DNA of 64,000 bases, from NCBI GenBank assembly GCA_964106645.2, contig OZ067039.1, one strand, 5' to 3'. The position numbers and the translations under genes are program-made. The notes beneath the pieces are model-generated. The model was given only the letters and a program-made list of their open reading frames with translations, did not search any database and was not told where the DNA came from. Source of the DNA: Podarcis pityusensis. Taxonomy: Eukaryota. Positions 15,976-30,119 of this stretch are shown here, one piece after another; position 1 is the stretch's first letter, and every line of letters begins with the position of its first letter.

Positions 15976-17331
15976 TAAGCAAGTGTCCCTCAAACTAAAG
16001 TGGTAGATCGTTGGATTTTATTAAGCTTTGAAGATGGAAGCACAAGTCCTTCCAACCCCATTCATGACAGTCTAGCAGTTTCCATGCATGCTTGATTATT
16101 CCTTTGAAAGGGCAGTGGCTGAAGCATTCTCAAAATGCCAGATTTTGTTTCATTTTGGCTTTTTCCCCACCCAGGTTTTGTAGGGTGCATAAAGCTGAAA
16201 ATCTCTGGTAAATAAAGCAGAAAATCTTAATTTGTATTAAGTCCATAGTGATTTATCATAATCTTGCATACGTGTGTAATGCCTATGGATTCAGTATTCA
16301 CTGAACCAGTGTTAGAAAAATGCCAGGTGGGGGGAAGCAGTTTGCTGGCTCTGTGGTTTACATGACGGAGGGCAGGTAGAGTGAACCTGGATCATGGAAT
16401 TTATAGCTTCCTTTCTGCTGTTGTAATTAATGTACAGAGTGCTGAGCACTATGAATATGGAAACAGTCAAGGAGGACCTGTTGATTTATCAACTGCAAAG
16501 GAGGACTGTAAACTGCTGGCTTAGGAGTTTTGCTTAGTGCAGATGTCCTTCAACAGGTCTCTTTCAATTCTAGTTGGGTGCTGCTGACTGGAGGTTCTTA
16601 TTGAGGTAGAAATAGGTGTTGCTTTCTACTGCATGCAAGCTGCTGTAAAGTCTGTTAAGAAAATGTCTTTCAAGTTCTGATTCAGGAAATTATGCCATAT
16701 TCTTTGCCTCTTTCTTTTTTAATTTGGTTTTGCGGTAAAACACATTAAGTTGTTTATGAGCTCTTCAGTAGGTTTTTTAAGGGTTTTTTTTTTTTTTTTG
16801 CATAGTTGATCATAAATTACTTTCCATTTTGCTTTGAAGAATTAATGAGACTACACAAAGCTTTTATTGTCTCCATTTTGGGAACCAGTGTACCATGAAC
16901 AAGTGTGCCCTTTCGGCCTTACTATGAGGTTAACAATTACGGTTGGCTTCAATAACCTGTAATATTAAGCTTTTGCACAGGAGCTATGGATCAAAGGAGA
17001 TAGAAGCTCTTGGTGAAAAACTGCTCATAAAATTACTGGACAAGTGAAAACATAGCTGATTGTAGCCCATGTAGCTCTTCTGCATTTTTGTCTGCTTATA
17101 TGCCCTCTGCTTGGCTTGTCTCGTGAACAGCTAATGCAGATTATCAGAGGTTTTCTTTACGGCATCCTCATAAGGGCATGTGGATCCTATAGTCTGTGTT
17201 TTTATTTAAATACCGCACAAATGTTTCCCCTGGACTTCATCCTTCCTTATAGGCAGCTCCAAACTGTGGGACTTTTTTTGAATTCTTTTCTTTTGTCTTC
17301 CTGTTTTCCTTGTTACTGATTTACCCTGTAG

Positions 17332-17520
<189 letters not shown>

Positions 17521-17646
17521 TAATCAAACCTTGGCCCCCAAAGTCCTTATCAGCTTCTCCTTACTGTAACAGAGAAAAGGACCTGGATAACCTGAATATA
17601 ATTAACATTAATAGAAACAGGATCTAATCAAAACTGGATACTCTAG

Positions 17647-17922
<276 letters not shown>

Positions 17923-18346
17923 TGACTCTTAACATTCTGCAAGTTGAGTGTGTATATTTTACAGATGCTTTGCAGTTGAGTGTGTGTGGTTTTGGCACAA
18001 CTTTTAAAGCGTACACGCTAAAATGGTTCATTTGTTTGAAGTAGTTGATTTGAATACTTTTCAAGGATCTGGTAGAGTCAGGCTTCAGTATCAAACTCTC
18101 TTGGGCTAGGGCAATGGTATAAACAAAGTCCAGGTAATATGTGAGCAGGGGAACTTCACAACATGGTTAAACTAGGCTAGAAGCAAAGCATATTAATTTC
18201 TTAAAAGCAAAAGGCTTCTTGTGCAGGCCTGTTTGATAGTGATATTGGGCACAACATGGTAGACTTCTCTCCCTTCCCCCCCCATATGTTTGGAAATGGT
18301 TTTGCCTGCTGAAACTAGTGAGATTCCCATGAATATATATTTTCAG

Positions 18347-18435
18347 GACCTTGCTGCCTCCGAGAGAGCCAGACGCCATGCAGAGCAAGAGAGAGATGAG
18401 CTGGCTGATGAAATTGCCAACAGTACCTCTGGAAA
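18347..18435 (+). CDS. MYH10: MYH10 exon (89 bp)
   Basis: ttcag|GAC CTT ... GGA AA|gtaag; [29 protein letters not shown]. Confidence 0.95.
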
Positions 18436-18558
18436 GTAAGTAACTCTGGGTAGACTTCTCCACCTGTGGCAGCCATTATGTGGCAGAAGCGTTCTGTGTC
18501 TGCAGCAGTTGCTGCGCAAACCTCAATACGTGTGACAACAGCCTAATCTCTTAGCTGA

Positions 18559-18765
<207 letters not shown>

Positions 18766-18768
18766 TGA

Positions 18769-19011
<243 letters not shown>

Positions 19012-19272
19012 TAAGCACAGCACACTCTGAAAATAGTGTTTCCAGGAGGCTGAATCATGATTTGATTTTGAAAAAGCAGAATTTATTCTGAAACACCTTT
19101 TCTGGTAGCTGTTAATGAAACAAGATAGTCATCCAGCAAGAAGCTTGCAAGCCCAAGGAATAATCATCATCCAGTGCAGGCATTTGTGTGATCTTAATCA
19201 AGTTTATTTCTGATGGTGTGATTTATTTCTTTGATGTTAGCACTGCTTGATGCATGAATTGTTCCTGTAGAT

Positions 19273-19405
19273 CAGTGGTGGCCAAACTTGGCCTTCCAGG
19301 TGTTTTGGGACAACAATTCCCATCCCTGACCACTGGTCCTGTTAGCTAGGGATGATGGGAGTTGTAGTCCAAAAACAGCTGGAAGGCCAAGTTTGGCCAC
19401 CACTG
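19273..19405. mobile_element. hAT-like palindromic MITE (133 bp)
   Basis: 27-bp perfect inverted ends CAGTGGTGGCCAAACTTGGCCTTCCAG; degenerate 8-bp flanks CTGTAGAT/CTCTACAT. Confidence 0.8.
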
Positions 19406-20100
19406 CTCTACATGGTTATGGGAACCCACTTCATCATCATCATTATTAATTTTTCTATTATTTCATTTATGAATCTCTTCTAACACCTCAAAGCAATTTC
19501 TAATAACTTATATAAAACAGTACATAAATAAAATAAGTTAAAACAATTGCATATATAATACAGTTTTAAAGACAACTGTAAATATAAAAACAGCAGCACA
19601 CACATAAACTCAGTTCAAATCCAAAACAAATACCAGTTGGGATACAGATTTTAGAAGGTTTGTTGAAAGTGGAATGACGTTAGCAGGTGCTGATAAGGCA
19701 ACAGAGACAGCACCTGACTGATATGCAATGGAAGGGAGTTCCAAATGGTAGCTGCTGCCACACTATAGGCCTCATTCTGACATCATATGGAACAGACCTC
19801 CTAAGTGAATGATAATTGCAGGTTGCCCACTTGTGCTGGATGCGGTGATTAGTTGGCTATGTAGGGAATGAGGCAAACTATCAAGTATCCTGGTCCCAGG
19901 TTCTGTAGGGCTTCATACACTAATACCAGCACTTCAACCTAGCCTGGTAGCTAATTATTCTCACTAGTGCTTTATTTTTCTGCTGTGGGTTCATGGAACC
20001 TTCACCTGTGGTTGGTATACATTTGGGCTCTGTTGCACTGACTGGTCTGTTACCTTTTTGACATCAAGTTGAGTGATCCCACTCTGTTGACTTACCTTAG

Positions 20101-20209
20101 GGAGAGAGCAGCAGCCAACAAGCTAGTACGTCGGACAGAAAAGAAGCTGAAGGAGGTGTTCATGCAGGTCGAGGATGAGCGTCGACATGCAGATCAGTAC
20201 AAAGAACAG
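20101..20209 (+). CDS. MYH10: MYH10 exon (109 bp)
   Basis: cttag|G GAG AGA ... GAA CAG|gtgag; [15 protein letters not shown]...QYKEQ. Confidence 0.96.
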
Positions 20210-20328
20210 GTGAGGAACTACCTGTGCCACTTAGAATCTCTGCTGTGGCTAGCCGACTAGAGAAAATTTTCCCTGCTAATGCACATTGGGAAGCATAGTA
20301 GGTTGTTTACAACAGCCTGTATTGTGGA

Positions 20329-20665
20329 CAGGGAAGGAACCTCAGAATTGGAGGCTGAGAGCACTCCCTGGTGACTTCCCTTCCTTGGCCACAACCTCTT
20401 TCTCCAGGCCAACCCCCCTCACTGGTCCTTCATCGCACTCTCCATGAGTGTTTTTGCATGGCTGAAATGTGTCTTTGAACTCTGATAATGCCTCCCGCTT
20501 GTCTGGATGAAGGAAAGAAGGTGTGTGAGAGTGGGTGCAGAAAGTAGCCTAGTTAAAAGTCAAATTCAGCGTCCCACCCACTTTTGCTGCTGTTCCCCAC
20601 CCACCACTAGAATGTACGCCCAGGAGGGAATGTTCCCCTTGGGCTGAAAAGGTTCTTCACCCTTG
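20329..20665. mobile_element. Old hAT-like MITE
   Basis: CAGGGAAGGAACCT ... AGGTTCTTCACCCTTG imperfect inverted ends. Confidence 0.4.
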
Positions 20666-21194
20666 GCCAATAACCTCCATGAAGTTCTTTAAGTGAGCAG
20701 GCGTGTGCACATCCTGCAGCATCTCTGCTGCTATGGATCCCATTCACTTGGGTGTGGAGTCCGGGGGGCTTGTGCAAGCCTCTCCTGCAGCCCATTCAAA
20801 CTTCTGCTTCTCTGATCTGGAGTAATTGCAAATGACTGAACTATACCTTCAGGAGAAGGGTATTTCTGGAGCATGCAACTTCTTGCCATAAGGTTTTTTT
20901 AAAAAAAAACTCAGGTAGTGCATTAGAGAAGAGTTAAACCAAAGTTTTGCCAAATCCATGTGAGCAGCACAGGCAGCCAAGGCAGGCAGCACTGTCTGCT
21001 TTGTGAAAGTGGACGAACTCGTCAATCTGCCCCATGAACATCCCACAGTGGATGGAGACCGAAAGATTGTTACGCCGCTGCCAGAGGTTCTCTGTCTCGA
21101 AAAGGGAGTGTAAGTGAAAGAGGACCTCTAATCTCATCTGGCGTGTTGTGCGGATGTTTCTTTCATGGGGCCTGTTTCTGATAATGCTCTGTAG

Positions 21195-21368
<174 letters not shown>

Positions 21369-22037
21369 TGAGTCATGTGGTGGAAGGAAGGTCAAGGCAG
21401 GTGTGGGCAAATGCTTCGGGGCAGGTCGCTTTTGAGTTGGTGAATCAAATGAGCCCCACACAACATTTCCAGTTCTTTCCCTCCCCCAGTTTGTGATAGC
21501 TCGCCTCTAATGTGGTCCAGAATTTAATGGGAGGGTCTGTTGAGTAGCCAGAATTGAACATTATGCTTAAATTTTAATATAGCACTAAGTGGGGGATGTG
21601 GCCCTCTCAACAACAGGGCGTTCCCCAACCCCCCAGAGCAGATTAAGGGGGGGTGAAGCGGGAGGGGAATCCTGTTGTGTGCACGCACACAACAGTTTTG
21701 TTGAATCCCACCCCATGTCTACAGGGTCAGATCATTAGCTGATTGTGCCAGGTAGGCTGAGTGCAAGCTGCTTATGACAAATGGCCCTACTCAACTCCTA
21801 TACCAATGAATGAGAGGGCAAAGTGATGTATCCTGAGCTATAGCCACACAGGTAGCAGGCATAGTTGTAGGCTTGTCTATCACTGGAAACATGATTTAAG
21901 TGGTATTGTGATCCTCATCTGTGAGCGCTATGGTCTCAATGAGGGGGACTCCTTTATGTTAATGTGGCATGGTGGGTAGCTAGACATCCTTTCTCTATGT
22001 CCTTCCAACAACCCACTCCTTTCCCTCTTCCTCATAG

Positions 22038-22182
22038 GAGGGGCGGCCCAATCACGTTTTCCTCCAGCCGATCCGGGAGGCGCCAGCTGCACATTGAAGG
22101 GGCTTCCCTGGAACTTTCAGATGACGACGCAGAGAGTAAAGGCAGTGATATCAACGAGCCGCAGGCTGCCCAAACAGAGTAG
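22038..22182 (+). CDS. MYH10: MYH10 last coding exon (non-helical tailpiece, stop TAG)
   Basis: catag|G AGG GGC GGC CCA ... ACA GAG TAG; [47 protein letters not shown]. Confidence 0.96.
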
Positions 22183-23518
22183 AGCCTCCCCCACACCATG
22201 TCTTACAGCGGGCATTCCCGCCAATGTGACTTTTGCTCCATGCATTTGGAAGAGGAGGAAGAAGAGGCCCTTACTGGCCACCAAATTGCCTTGTGGCCCT
22301 AGACTTGCCTTAGGCAACACTGGCACACTACCTGGTCATGCAGGTCAGCCCCAGCATACTGCTGCCTGGCTTTGCCATGATGTAGCCTGCTTTGGATATA
22401 GGTACCACTGCTTCTTTATATGTATTAAAACTGTCTTCGTTCAGTGCTCTTTGTCTTCAAGGTATCCATTGTAAAGCCATTTTCTAAGGCACTGGGCGAT
22501 AGAATTACCCCTCTGTCCCTTCTGATACACCATTCCCAAGCAGAAGTTTCTGACACTTTCCTCTTCCCCTTTTCTATGCATGTTTAGCTGTATAGCAATC
22601 ACTTGCTTTTCTTTTGGTCTCCAAAGTTCTGCTTATGTACCAGCCCCGACTGCGCCTTTTTCCTGAACATTTTACGATAGATTTAGGTGATTGACTGTGA
22701 AAATGCCCTGAGGGGCTTCAGGGGGTAACGTACAGCTGAGAGTAGCATCTCTTCTAGCCAGCAGTTGGTGCTACATAATGAGCACTCTTCAACTGTGGGA
22801 CCTCCAAATTGGGTTGGTGCTATGTCCTGGCAGATTTGAGACCAAATAAGATACTAACCACTTTCTTCAGTACTATTAATAGTGCTCAGTGCAAATTGGA
22901 TAGTCTCAGCCTGGGAATTGGATTACCCCCCGCAGCTACCCAGCAACTGTTTCCTTGCTGGGGGTAGAAGTGTTAAGATTAGAGCCACTCTTGCCAGCTA
23001 TCTTGATGCCCAAGATCAGTGTGTCTGCCAGAGGATAGCACGAGGACATTGCCTGTAAATGGATACAGCCTGTGGAACTGCTCTCTCCCTTTCATTTGGA
23101 CAGTGTTAACTGCACCTAGCTTAGCATCCTTATTGTTTCATAGCTGTGAACTGACATTTACAGAAAGTGCCTTAGACACTACAGTACTAAGACAATGTTA
23201 CATATATAATTTGCCTATAACAATGATTTAATGTATTAATTTTATCATATCATGTTACATACACATCTTCTCTAGTCCAAGTGGTATTGATATTCAGTGA
23301 TGAGGAATCAGTGTTAACTATGAAATCTTGATCTGTTGCAACATGCTTGAAAAAAATACTTTTCTTTGGTTACAAGCTTTAACATCCGTTATAAAGCTTT
23401 TGTTTCTGTGCATTTGGGTATTTCTTAATCCTAACTGGCTGTTGACCACCAGGCATCTGACTGCAAATACCTTGTTTCTTTGTATCTCCATATTTCTAGA
23501 CAATGATTTTTGTAAGAC

Positions 23519-23524
23519 AATAAA
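23519..23524 (+). terminator. MYH10 polyadenylation signal AATAAA (3'UTR ~22183-23540)
   Basis: AATAAA after a U-rich UTR end (caatgatttttgtaagacAATAAAtttattc); a second AATAAA lies near 23590. Confidence 0.75.
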
Positions 23525-24712
23525 TTTATTCATTCTAGAGACTCATTCATGCTTGGGCTGCTTACTTAGAAGAACTCAAGATAGAAATGAATAAATGAAA
23601 CGTGCAGGTTTGTCCCTGTTGATAAACTGATGGTGCTATAAAAGTAAATGATGATAATATTAAATACTGAATCATTTTTAAATTGTAGTTAAGTGATAGA
23701 CATTGAGTTACTTCAATAATTCATTTTCTTGGGTTTTAAATTCTTTTAGCATTTGAGAAACATGTATGCAGAGTTCAGCAACCAATACATAATGCAAGGA
23801 ATACTAGTCACAATAACTTGGGGGGGGGGATGCTGCCTCCCCCATTCCTTAATTTAGAACAAGGGAGAAGAACCTTTTATCTGTAAGCAAAGTTTGACAG
23901 GTTGATGCCACACCTGTCAAACTCCCTTTCCCTTTAGATTTTGTTTACTCTTGTAGCAGTGTGTAATGAAGATGATAAATAGCTTTGCAACTGGTATATA
24001 ACTTAAGGCAGTACCCACACACCACTTTACCAATGATGACAGTACAGGAGTGGTGGATTGGTCCATTATTAGTGGTGTATTTACATCTAGGAAAAAAAGT
24101 CCTACCTGAAGCTTGGTCTTTTGGGTGTGTACTTTCTTCAAGATAAGAAACTATGAAGATGAATAGGAGCACATGCTACTGCCAATCATGGGGGATGTTG
24201 ACAGTAGTGAAGCATCATGCAGAAAGTTTCGATTTTGGCTGGAAATCTTACTAGAAACCATCAAACTTGAATTTCAGCTGCTAGCTGTGCAAGACCTGAA
24301 TCCTCTGTTCAGTTGCCATCATGACATTAAACAAGTTTTAAGTACTCTTCTTAGTTAGTTCTTAGTGTAACTTAGTCTTTCCTGGCACTCGTCATGTGCT
24401 GCAGGAATCCAACATAGGTTAGGCATGTAGGAGAAGAGAGCCCCCTCCCTGGCTGCCACAATTCCAAAACACATGAAAAAGGATGCTCTTTGATTAGATC
24501 ACCTCCACATCCAGCTGTAGATGCACTCACTTCCGTATTTACCCTCTACTGACAGCTAGCCACAGCTGTGGAAGGAACATGTGTCAACTTTATAAGGGGA
24601 AGAGCCTGCTCCACAGCTGCCACAGTGACACCACCCACTCACCAAAACAACACACAAAGCATAGGCAGAAGCATCTTTTCTGCAAAAGCCAATGTGTCCA
24701 CATTAAAAGATC

Positions 24713-24718
24713 TTTATT
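24713..24718 (-). terminator. NDEL1 distal polyadenylation signal
   Basis: Plus-strand TTTATT = AATAAA on minus, followed by a GU/U-rich tract (minus tgtgtgttgttttgg, ~24642-24656). Confidence 0.7.
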
Positions 24719-25062
24719 TTTGGACCATCTCTCGTTGAACCACAGGATGGCAGTCACCACAGAAATCTGATACACTGTCCTAGGGAAAACATGCCTCAGA
24801 GATTCTGAATAAATAAAGCTACAAAGCCCAAGTTATGTACAAATATCTTAGGCAAAGATATTATGTTTACAAACCTATGTACAGTAAAACAAATGTAAAC
24901 AGTAAATGCAGCAAAGGACACACAAGAAAAGGGCTGACAAAATCCAAGCTGTGAGTGGCAATTTGCCCCTAGCCTGCTCTGGCTTTTACTCCCTTCTCTT
25001 TCCCTTGCTCTTAGGCAATTCCCACTAAATCTCACTAAGAAGCCAGAGCCCCAAACCACTGG

Positions 25063-25068
25063 TTTATT
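25063..25068 (-). terminator. NDEL1 possible proximal polyadenylation signal
   Basis: Plus-strand TTTATT within the 3'UTR. Confidence 0.4.
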
Positions 25069-25837
25069 GAAATAAGATAGGCAAAAGCCAGCAGCATAGG
25101 ATGAAGCTGACTAATTTTTAAAAAAAATTAAACAGGGGTGTTGCTCTACTTTAAAAATTACCAGCTTTGGTGAACAGAGACATAATTGCACAACACACAC
25201 ATTTCTTGTGCTCCACAGAGGAGATACCACAGCTAGATCTTTAGCAGGGCTGCTCCATCAGGTCTCAAGCCCATTGGATACATCATCATATCATTGGGAG
25301 TATCGACGGTCCATACAGGTTCATCCTGCATCCCAAGTGTATCAGCTGGCCAGAGAAGTTCTAGGCCTTCCCTGGCTTCCCTTGAATATGAGCTGTCTCA
25401 TCCAGAAAGGGGGCAGGGTGGGGAAAAGAAATACAGCACTGGGATCCTGTGTGCCTATGTGCAAAGTTTGGGGAGCAGTGGGAGGAGGTGGAGGAGTTGC
25501 TAAGGGGCCATCCAGCATCAAAGTAGGCCCAACTTAGCAGAGGTACAAAACTGGAGGGTGGGGCAGCAGGAGAAGGTGATTTAGGCAAGTGCAACTCCAG
25601 CATCCTGTGAGACAGACATCAGCGGTGACCACGTTAAAGAACGTCCACGATGGAAATAGAAGAAAATAGACTGTATTGACATAAGGAGTGCTCTGTGTGT
25701 GCTGGGATCTTCTCCAGGCAGCTTCTGAGTGCTACAACCCACTCAGCTCCAGCAGGGGGCACTAACGGAAAAGTTTTGCAAGCAGCTCTTGTTCCTTCAC
25801 GAACTAATTAGAGTCCCATCATTGCCTTGCAACCCAT

Positions 25838-25928
25838 TCATACACTCAGAGGGAGCATGCCTGGTGCTGATGATGGTCTGGACCCTCCTAGACCTGGTGG
25901 TGGGCCTTGGTCAAAGCCATTGACTGCC
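25838..25928 (-). CDS. NDEL1: NDEL1 last coding exon (PLSV C-terminus, stop TGA)
   Basis: cacag|G GCA GTC AAT ... AGT GTA TGA; [29 protein letters not shown]. Confidence 0.95.
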
Positions 25929-27321
25929 CTGTGGAACAGTAAGAGAAAAGGGTTAACAAGAAGTACCGACAGATAAAAACTGCACTTGTTGCGCCACGTC
26001 ACAAACAGATGCAAAGCTGAACTGTTTGTCTTGCAAGGGCTAGCCAAGTGTGTAAACTGAATTGTGAAAATCCAAAGGACTGTTAATCCTGCAAACTAAA
26101 GGCCAATAGTTCAGTTCCCAAAATGCATGCAGCAAGGGCAAGTCCCTTGATAAACACTTCTGTCTCCTTTTAGAATAGTCTCCTTCCATTTGTTTTCAAT
26201 TTTGGTATGTTTGTTTATATTTTACAATTGTATAATTTGGGGGGCTAACTGCAAAAAGGCAAAGTACACATGTATTTTCTATATATTCAATAGAAACATC
26301 TGCCTTTGGGGCTGTCATCAGGGGTAACAGGGCTTTTTGCTTATCCAGAAATACACCAAATGCTTTGTAAGCATATCTGGCTATACGAAATGGGTATTTT
26401 AGTGTGGCAGCACCTATACTTTGGAACTCCCTGCCTACTGACACCAGACAGACACCTTTAGTGTATCCTGTTCTACACCCACCTGCTTAAAACATTTTTG
26501 TTTAGACAAGCCTGTTCAGTCACAGATGTTGACATTTTTTAACCTTATAAACTGATAATTTTAATGTTTCTTGTAAACTACTAATGTTTCACTACCATCA
26601 AGATGTGCATAAATACCTTTGTATGGTATGTTGCCTTAGCATTACCACACAACCAAACACAGAAATTATCATCCAAGTTTTCCAGTCTATCAGAAAGCTA
26701 TGAGAAGTATCAAAACACACAATATGCATTGACCAAACATCACACCTCCATGTAGAGGTGCTCCCTGCTGCCACACAAATACCAAACCAACCTCTGTTTC
26801 TACCTCTTGCTCTTAGACCTAATCTCCATTTGAAAAACTAGAGGAGGAGACTCATAATTTACCACAAGCCCCCAGAGCTAGGCTGCATGCAAATGTGGGA
26901 CACTCTCCTGCTGCTGCAACCCAGAAGAAAAGCAAAAATGAATTACATAAAGAAGGATTAGGTGGCTCACAGAGCTAGTTAAATCTTTGCTGTGGGCTGT
27001 GTTACAATAGCTAAGAAATAGGTCTCAAATTCAATTATTCAAAAGTTGCAGAGTGACAGAAGTGTTTCAGAGTTAGTTTTGCCAATGAATTGGAATTCCC
27101 ATTGGTTCAATCTATCTAATTGTGTCCTACACCCACAGCAAGCTCTTCATTCAAGTGGAGGTTTCAGTGAATGGAAGTCCCCTTTTCTCCTGCCAACCCC
27201 CCCCCCCCACTTCAAGGGCTCCCCAACTCTCTGGAATGTGTGTGCACACAGTGGACTGCAGAGGGAAGGGGGAATTCATATAAGCCTCTGATGGATCAAG
27301 AAACCATTTATTAGCAGAATA

Positions 27322-28328
27322 CAGTGGTGCCCCGCAAGACGAATGCCTCGCAAGACGGAAAACTCGCTAGACGAAAGGGTTTCCCGTTTTTTGAGCTGCT
27401 TCGCAAGACGAATTTCCCTATGGGCTTGCTTCGCAAGACGAAAAACGAAAACGTCTTGCAAGTTTGTTTCCTTTTTCTTAACACCGTTAATACAGTTGCG
27501 ACTTGACTTCGAGGAGCAACTCATAGAACGCGGTGTGGTAGCCTTTTTTGAGGTTTTTGAAGACTTTGGTGATTTTTGAAGCTTTTCCAAAACTTCTTTT
27601 AAACTTTTAAAACTTTTCTTGGGGGTTTTGGATTTTGGGTTGGGGTGTTTGGAATTCAAGGACTTGGTGTTGGGGAGGGGTTTGCAAGAATCTGGAAGCT
27701 TGTGTGGTTTTTTCCTGCATTTTTATGATTTTCTGTGACCATTGGGCCACTCTGCTGTTTTTTTAAAAAAAATTCTGGATTTGAATTTCTGTGTGGTGGG
27801 TGGCTGGGGGAACAGTTGGGGAGGGGTTTGCAAGAATCTGGAAGCTTGTGTGGTTTTTTCCTGCATTTTTATGATTTTCTGTGACCATTGGGCCACTCTG
27901 CTGTTTTTTTAAAAAAATTCTGGATTTGAATTTCTGTGTGGTGGGTGGCTGGGGGAACAGTTGAAGAGGGGGTTCTTCAGCAAGAAGCAAAGAGTGGAAG
28001 AGGAACCTTCTTCGAGTTGTCCCCCAGAGTCTTAGAAAATGTACTGTACACTTTGTTGATTTTTAAATGTTTTTCTGTCATGTTTAGAAACTTAATTTAT
28101 TGTTCCTTCAATTTTTGAAATGCTCTTTACAGTATGTGTGACTTTAAAGAGCACTTAATAAACTCTTGTTGTACCAAATTTGGCTTTGTTTGGACTTTTT
28201 TTGACCATAGGAACGCATTAATTGGATTTCAATGCATTCCTATGGGATTTCGTGCTTCGCAAGACGAAAAATTCGCTAGACGAAAAAACTCGCAGAACGA
28301 ATTAATTTCGTCTTGCGAGGCACCACTG
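27322..28328. mobile_element. Non-autonomous Tigger/pogo-like DNA transposon (~1 kb)
   Basis: TA|CAGTGGTGCCCCGCAAGACGAA ... TTCGTCTTGCGAGGCACCACTG|TA; subterminal CGC(A/T)AGACGAA repeats. Confidence 0.85.
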
Positions 28329-29984
28329 TATAATTGGATGCAACCCCCTAGCTACTTTTAGTGTGGTAGAGACAGAGAAGATGTTTATGATGCTAATGAA
28401 CAGAAAGTGTCCTGGGAGAATGGACAGATCCATGGCATTGGACATTGAGACAGAATGATAGAACATGTTGAATGACCTAGCCATTATATGCTCCATCCAG
28501 GTCAAGTGATTTTGCAAAAATTGCCTGTGTTTTCAAAATTTGCAATCCAATCACCAAGAATTGGAGTGATGGCAGATTCTGTACTAGAAGGTGGATTCAG
28601 AAAGTTCCAGCAAGGTCATGGTTATGCATAGTTCTATGCTACCAAACCTACAGGCAGGGGACAACACTTCTGGAATACAAACATTCACTGATGAGGAGTC
28701 CAACTCCTAAACAGACCTGAACTTGTTGACTAGTATTCCCAGATACACTAATGTGGTGTTACCCACAAAATATGTACACATCCCTTTGAATATACTGATG
28801 TTTATTTCCAATTTCAGGTTTTTAAATGTACTGGGCTTGGGCACAAATTAAGCACACAGTGATGATGCTGAAGTGAAACCCAACATATATGTCCAAACTT
28901 TCTCCCACTGCATAGCTTGTCCCATATTGGACAGAGACAATTCCTACACAGATTGCAGCTGGAGGCTGCATCACAGCTATGGAAGTTCACTTAGCACTGA
29001 AAAGAGATTGTCTTGGTCAATTGTACAATACACTGATTAGCAGGTATCTAGTGGACTGCTAGGGCTTCCCAGGGCAAGCTAAATGATGGTGGTGTGAGCC
29101 CTACAGAGAAGAAAAAGTATTTCTAGGTCACAGATATTCTGAAGATGGCTTAAGGCAATTATAGGCTAACCTGTTCCTACAAAAACCACGCAAAGTGCTG
29201 GGGCTAGTCACACAAGGAATGTCATGGTAACAGCTGAGAACTGAGGTACAAGACTGTTCAGATCCAGGCCATTCACTGAACTGCAGTTCTGATGCAATAA
29301 AGCCCTAGCGAACTGTCGGTCAGCCATTTCTAGCCTACTTATCTCCTTAGGACTGGCTGGGGCAGGAGGCCCATTAAAGCCTCCCTCTGCCTTCCTGATT
29401 CAACAGCAGATTGAGCTGGAGAAATGCCGCATCAATATGAGCAGGCAAAGCTTCTTGCCTGTGGCATACTTCTCACTCAAACAGCAGAAGTGACTACATT
29501 CAGCAGTGACTTCCTCTCCCCTTCTTAAGCAGAAATCTATTGACAAAGAATGAATAGGGAGGTAGGGGAATGCCCTTCTCCCTTCAAGGCCTTTCCCCTC
29601 CATTTTTCAATGAAAAAGAAAGGACGCTGTGGAAGAAAATTTGAAACTTATGAACTATTTTCACTTTTGGAATTATGGACAGAAGGGTCAAACCTCAGCA
29701 CTGGGCAAGCATCTGCTTTGCCTGATGAAGGTCCCAGGCTTAATCTCCAGGTAGAGCTGGGAGAGGCTCCCTGCCTGAAACCCTAGAGAGCCAATATATC
29801 AGTGTAGACAATAATGAGCTACAGGGACCAATGATTAGGCAGCTTTCTGTATTTGAGCAAAGGGACTTCAATTCCCTCTCCTCATCTGCAACAGACTTCC
29901 ACACAGTCAGAATTTTCTCTGAAGGGTCTCTAAACCTTCTGGAGCAGATTTTGGAGGTCTGTTGGTGGCAGGGGCAGAATGGAA

Positions 29985-30119
29985 GAACAGGCAGGTGAAA
30001 TCTTGTTAGGGGAGTGGAATTCCATAGCATTGGAGCCAACCTAATGTGAATGAACAGGCAGGTGAAATCTTGTTAGGCGAGTGGAATTCCTCCAGCACTG
30101 GAGCCAACTTAATGTGAAT
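29985..30119. repeat. Tandem duplication, 2 x ~67 bp
   Basis: gaacaggcaggtgaaatcttgttagg...ggagccaac.taatgtgaat repeated at 29985 and 30052. Confidence 0.9.
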
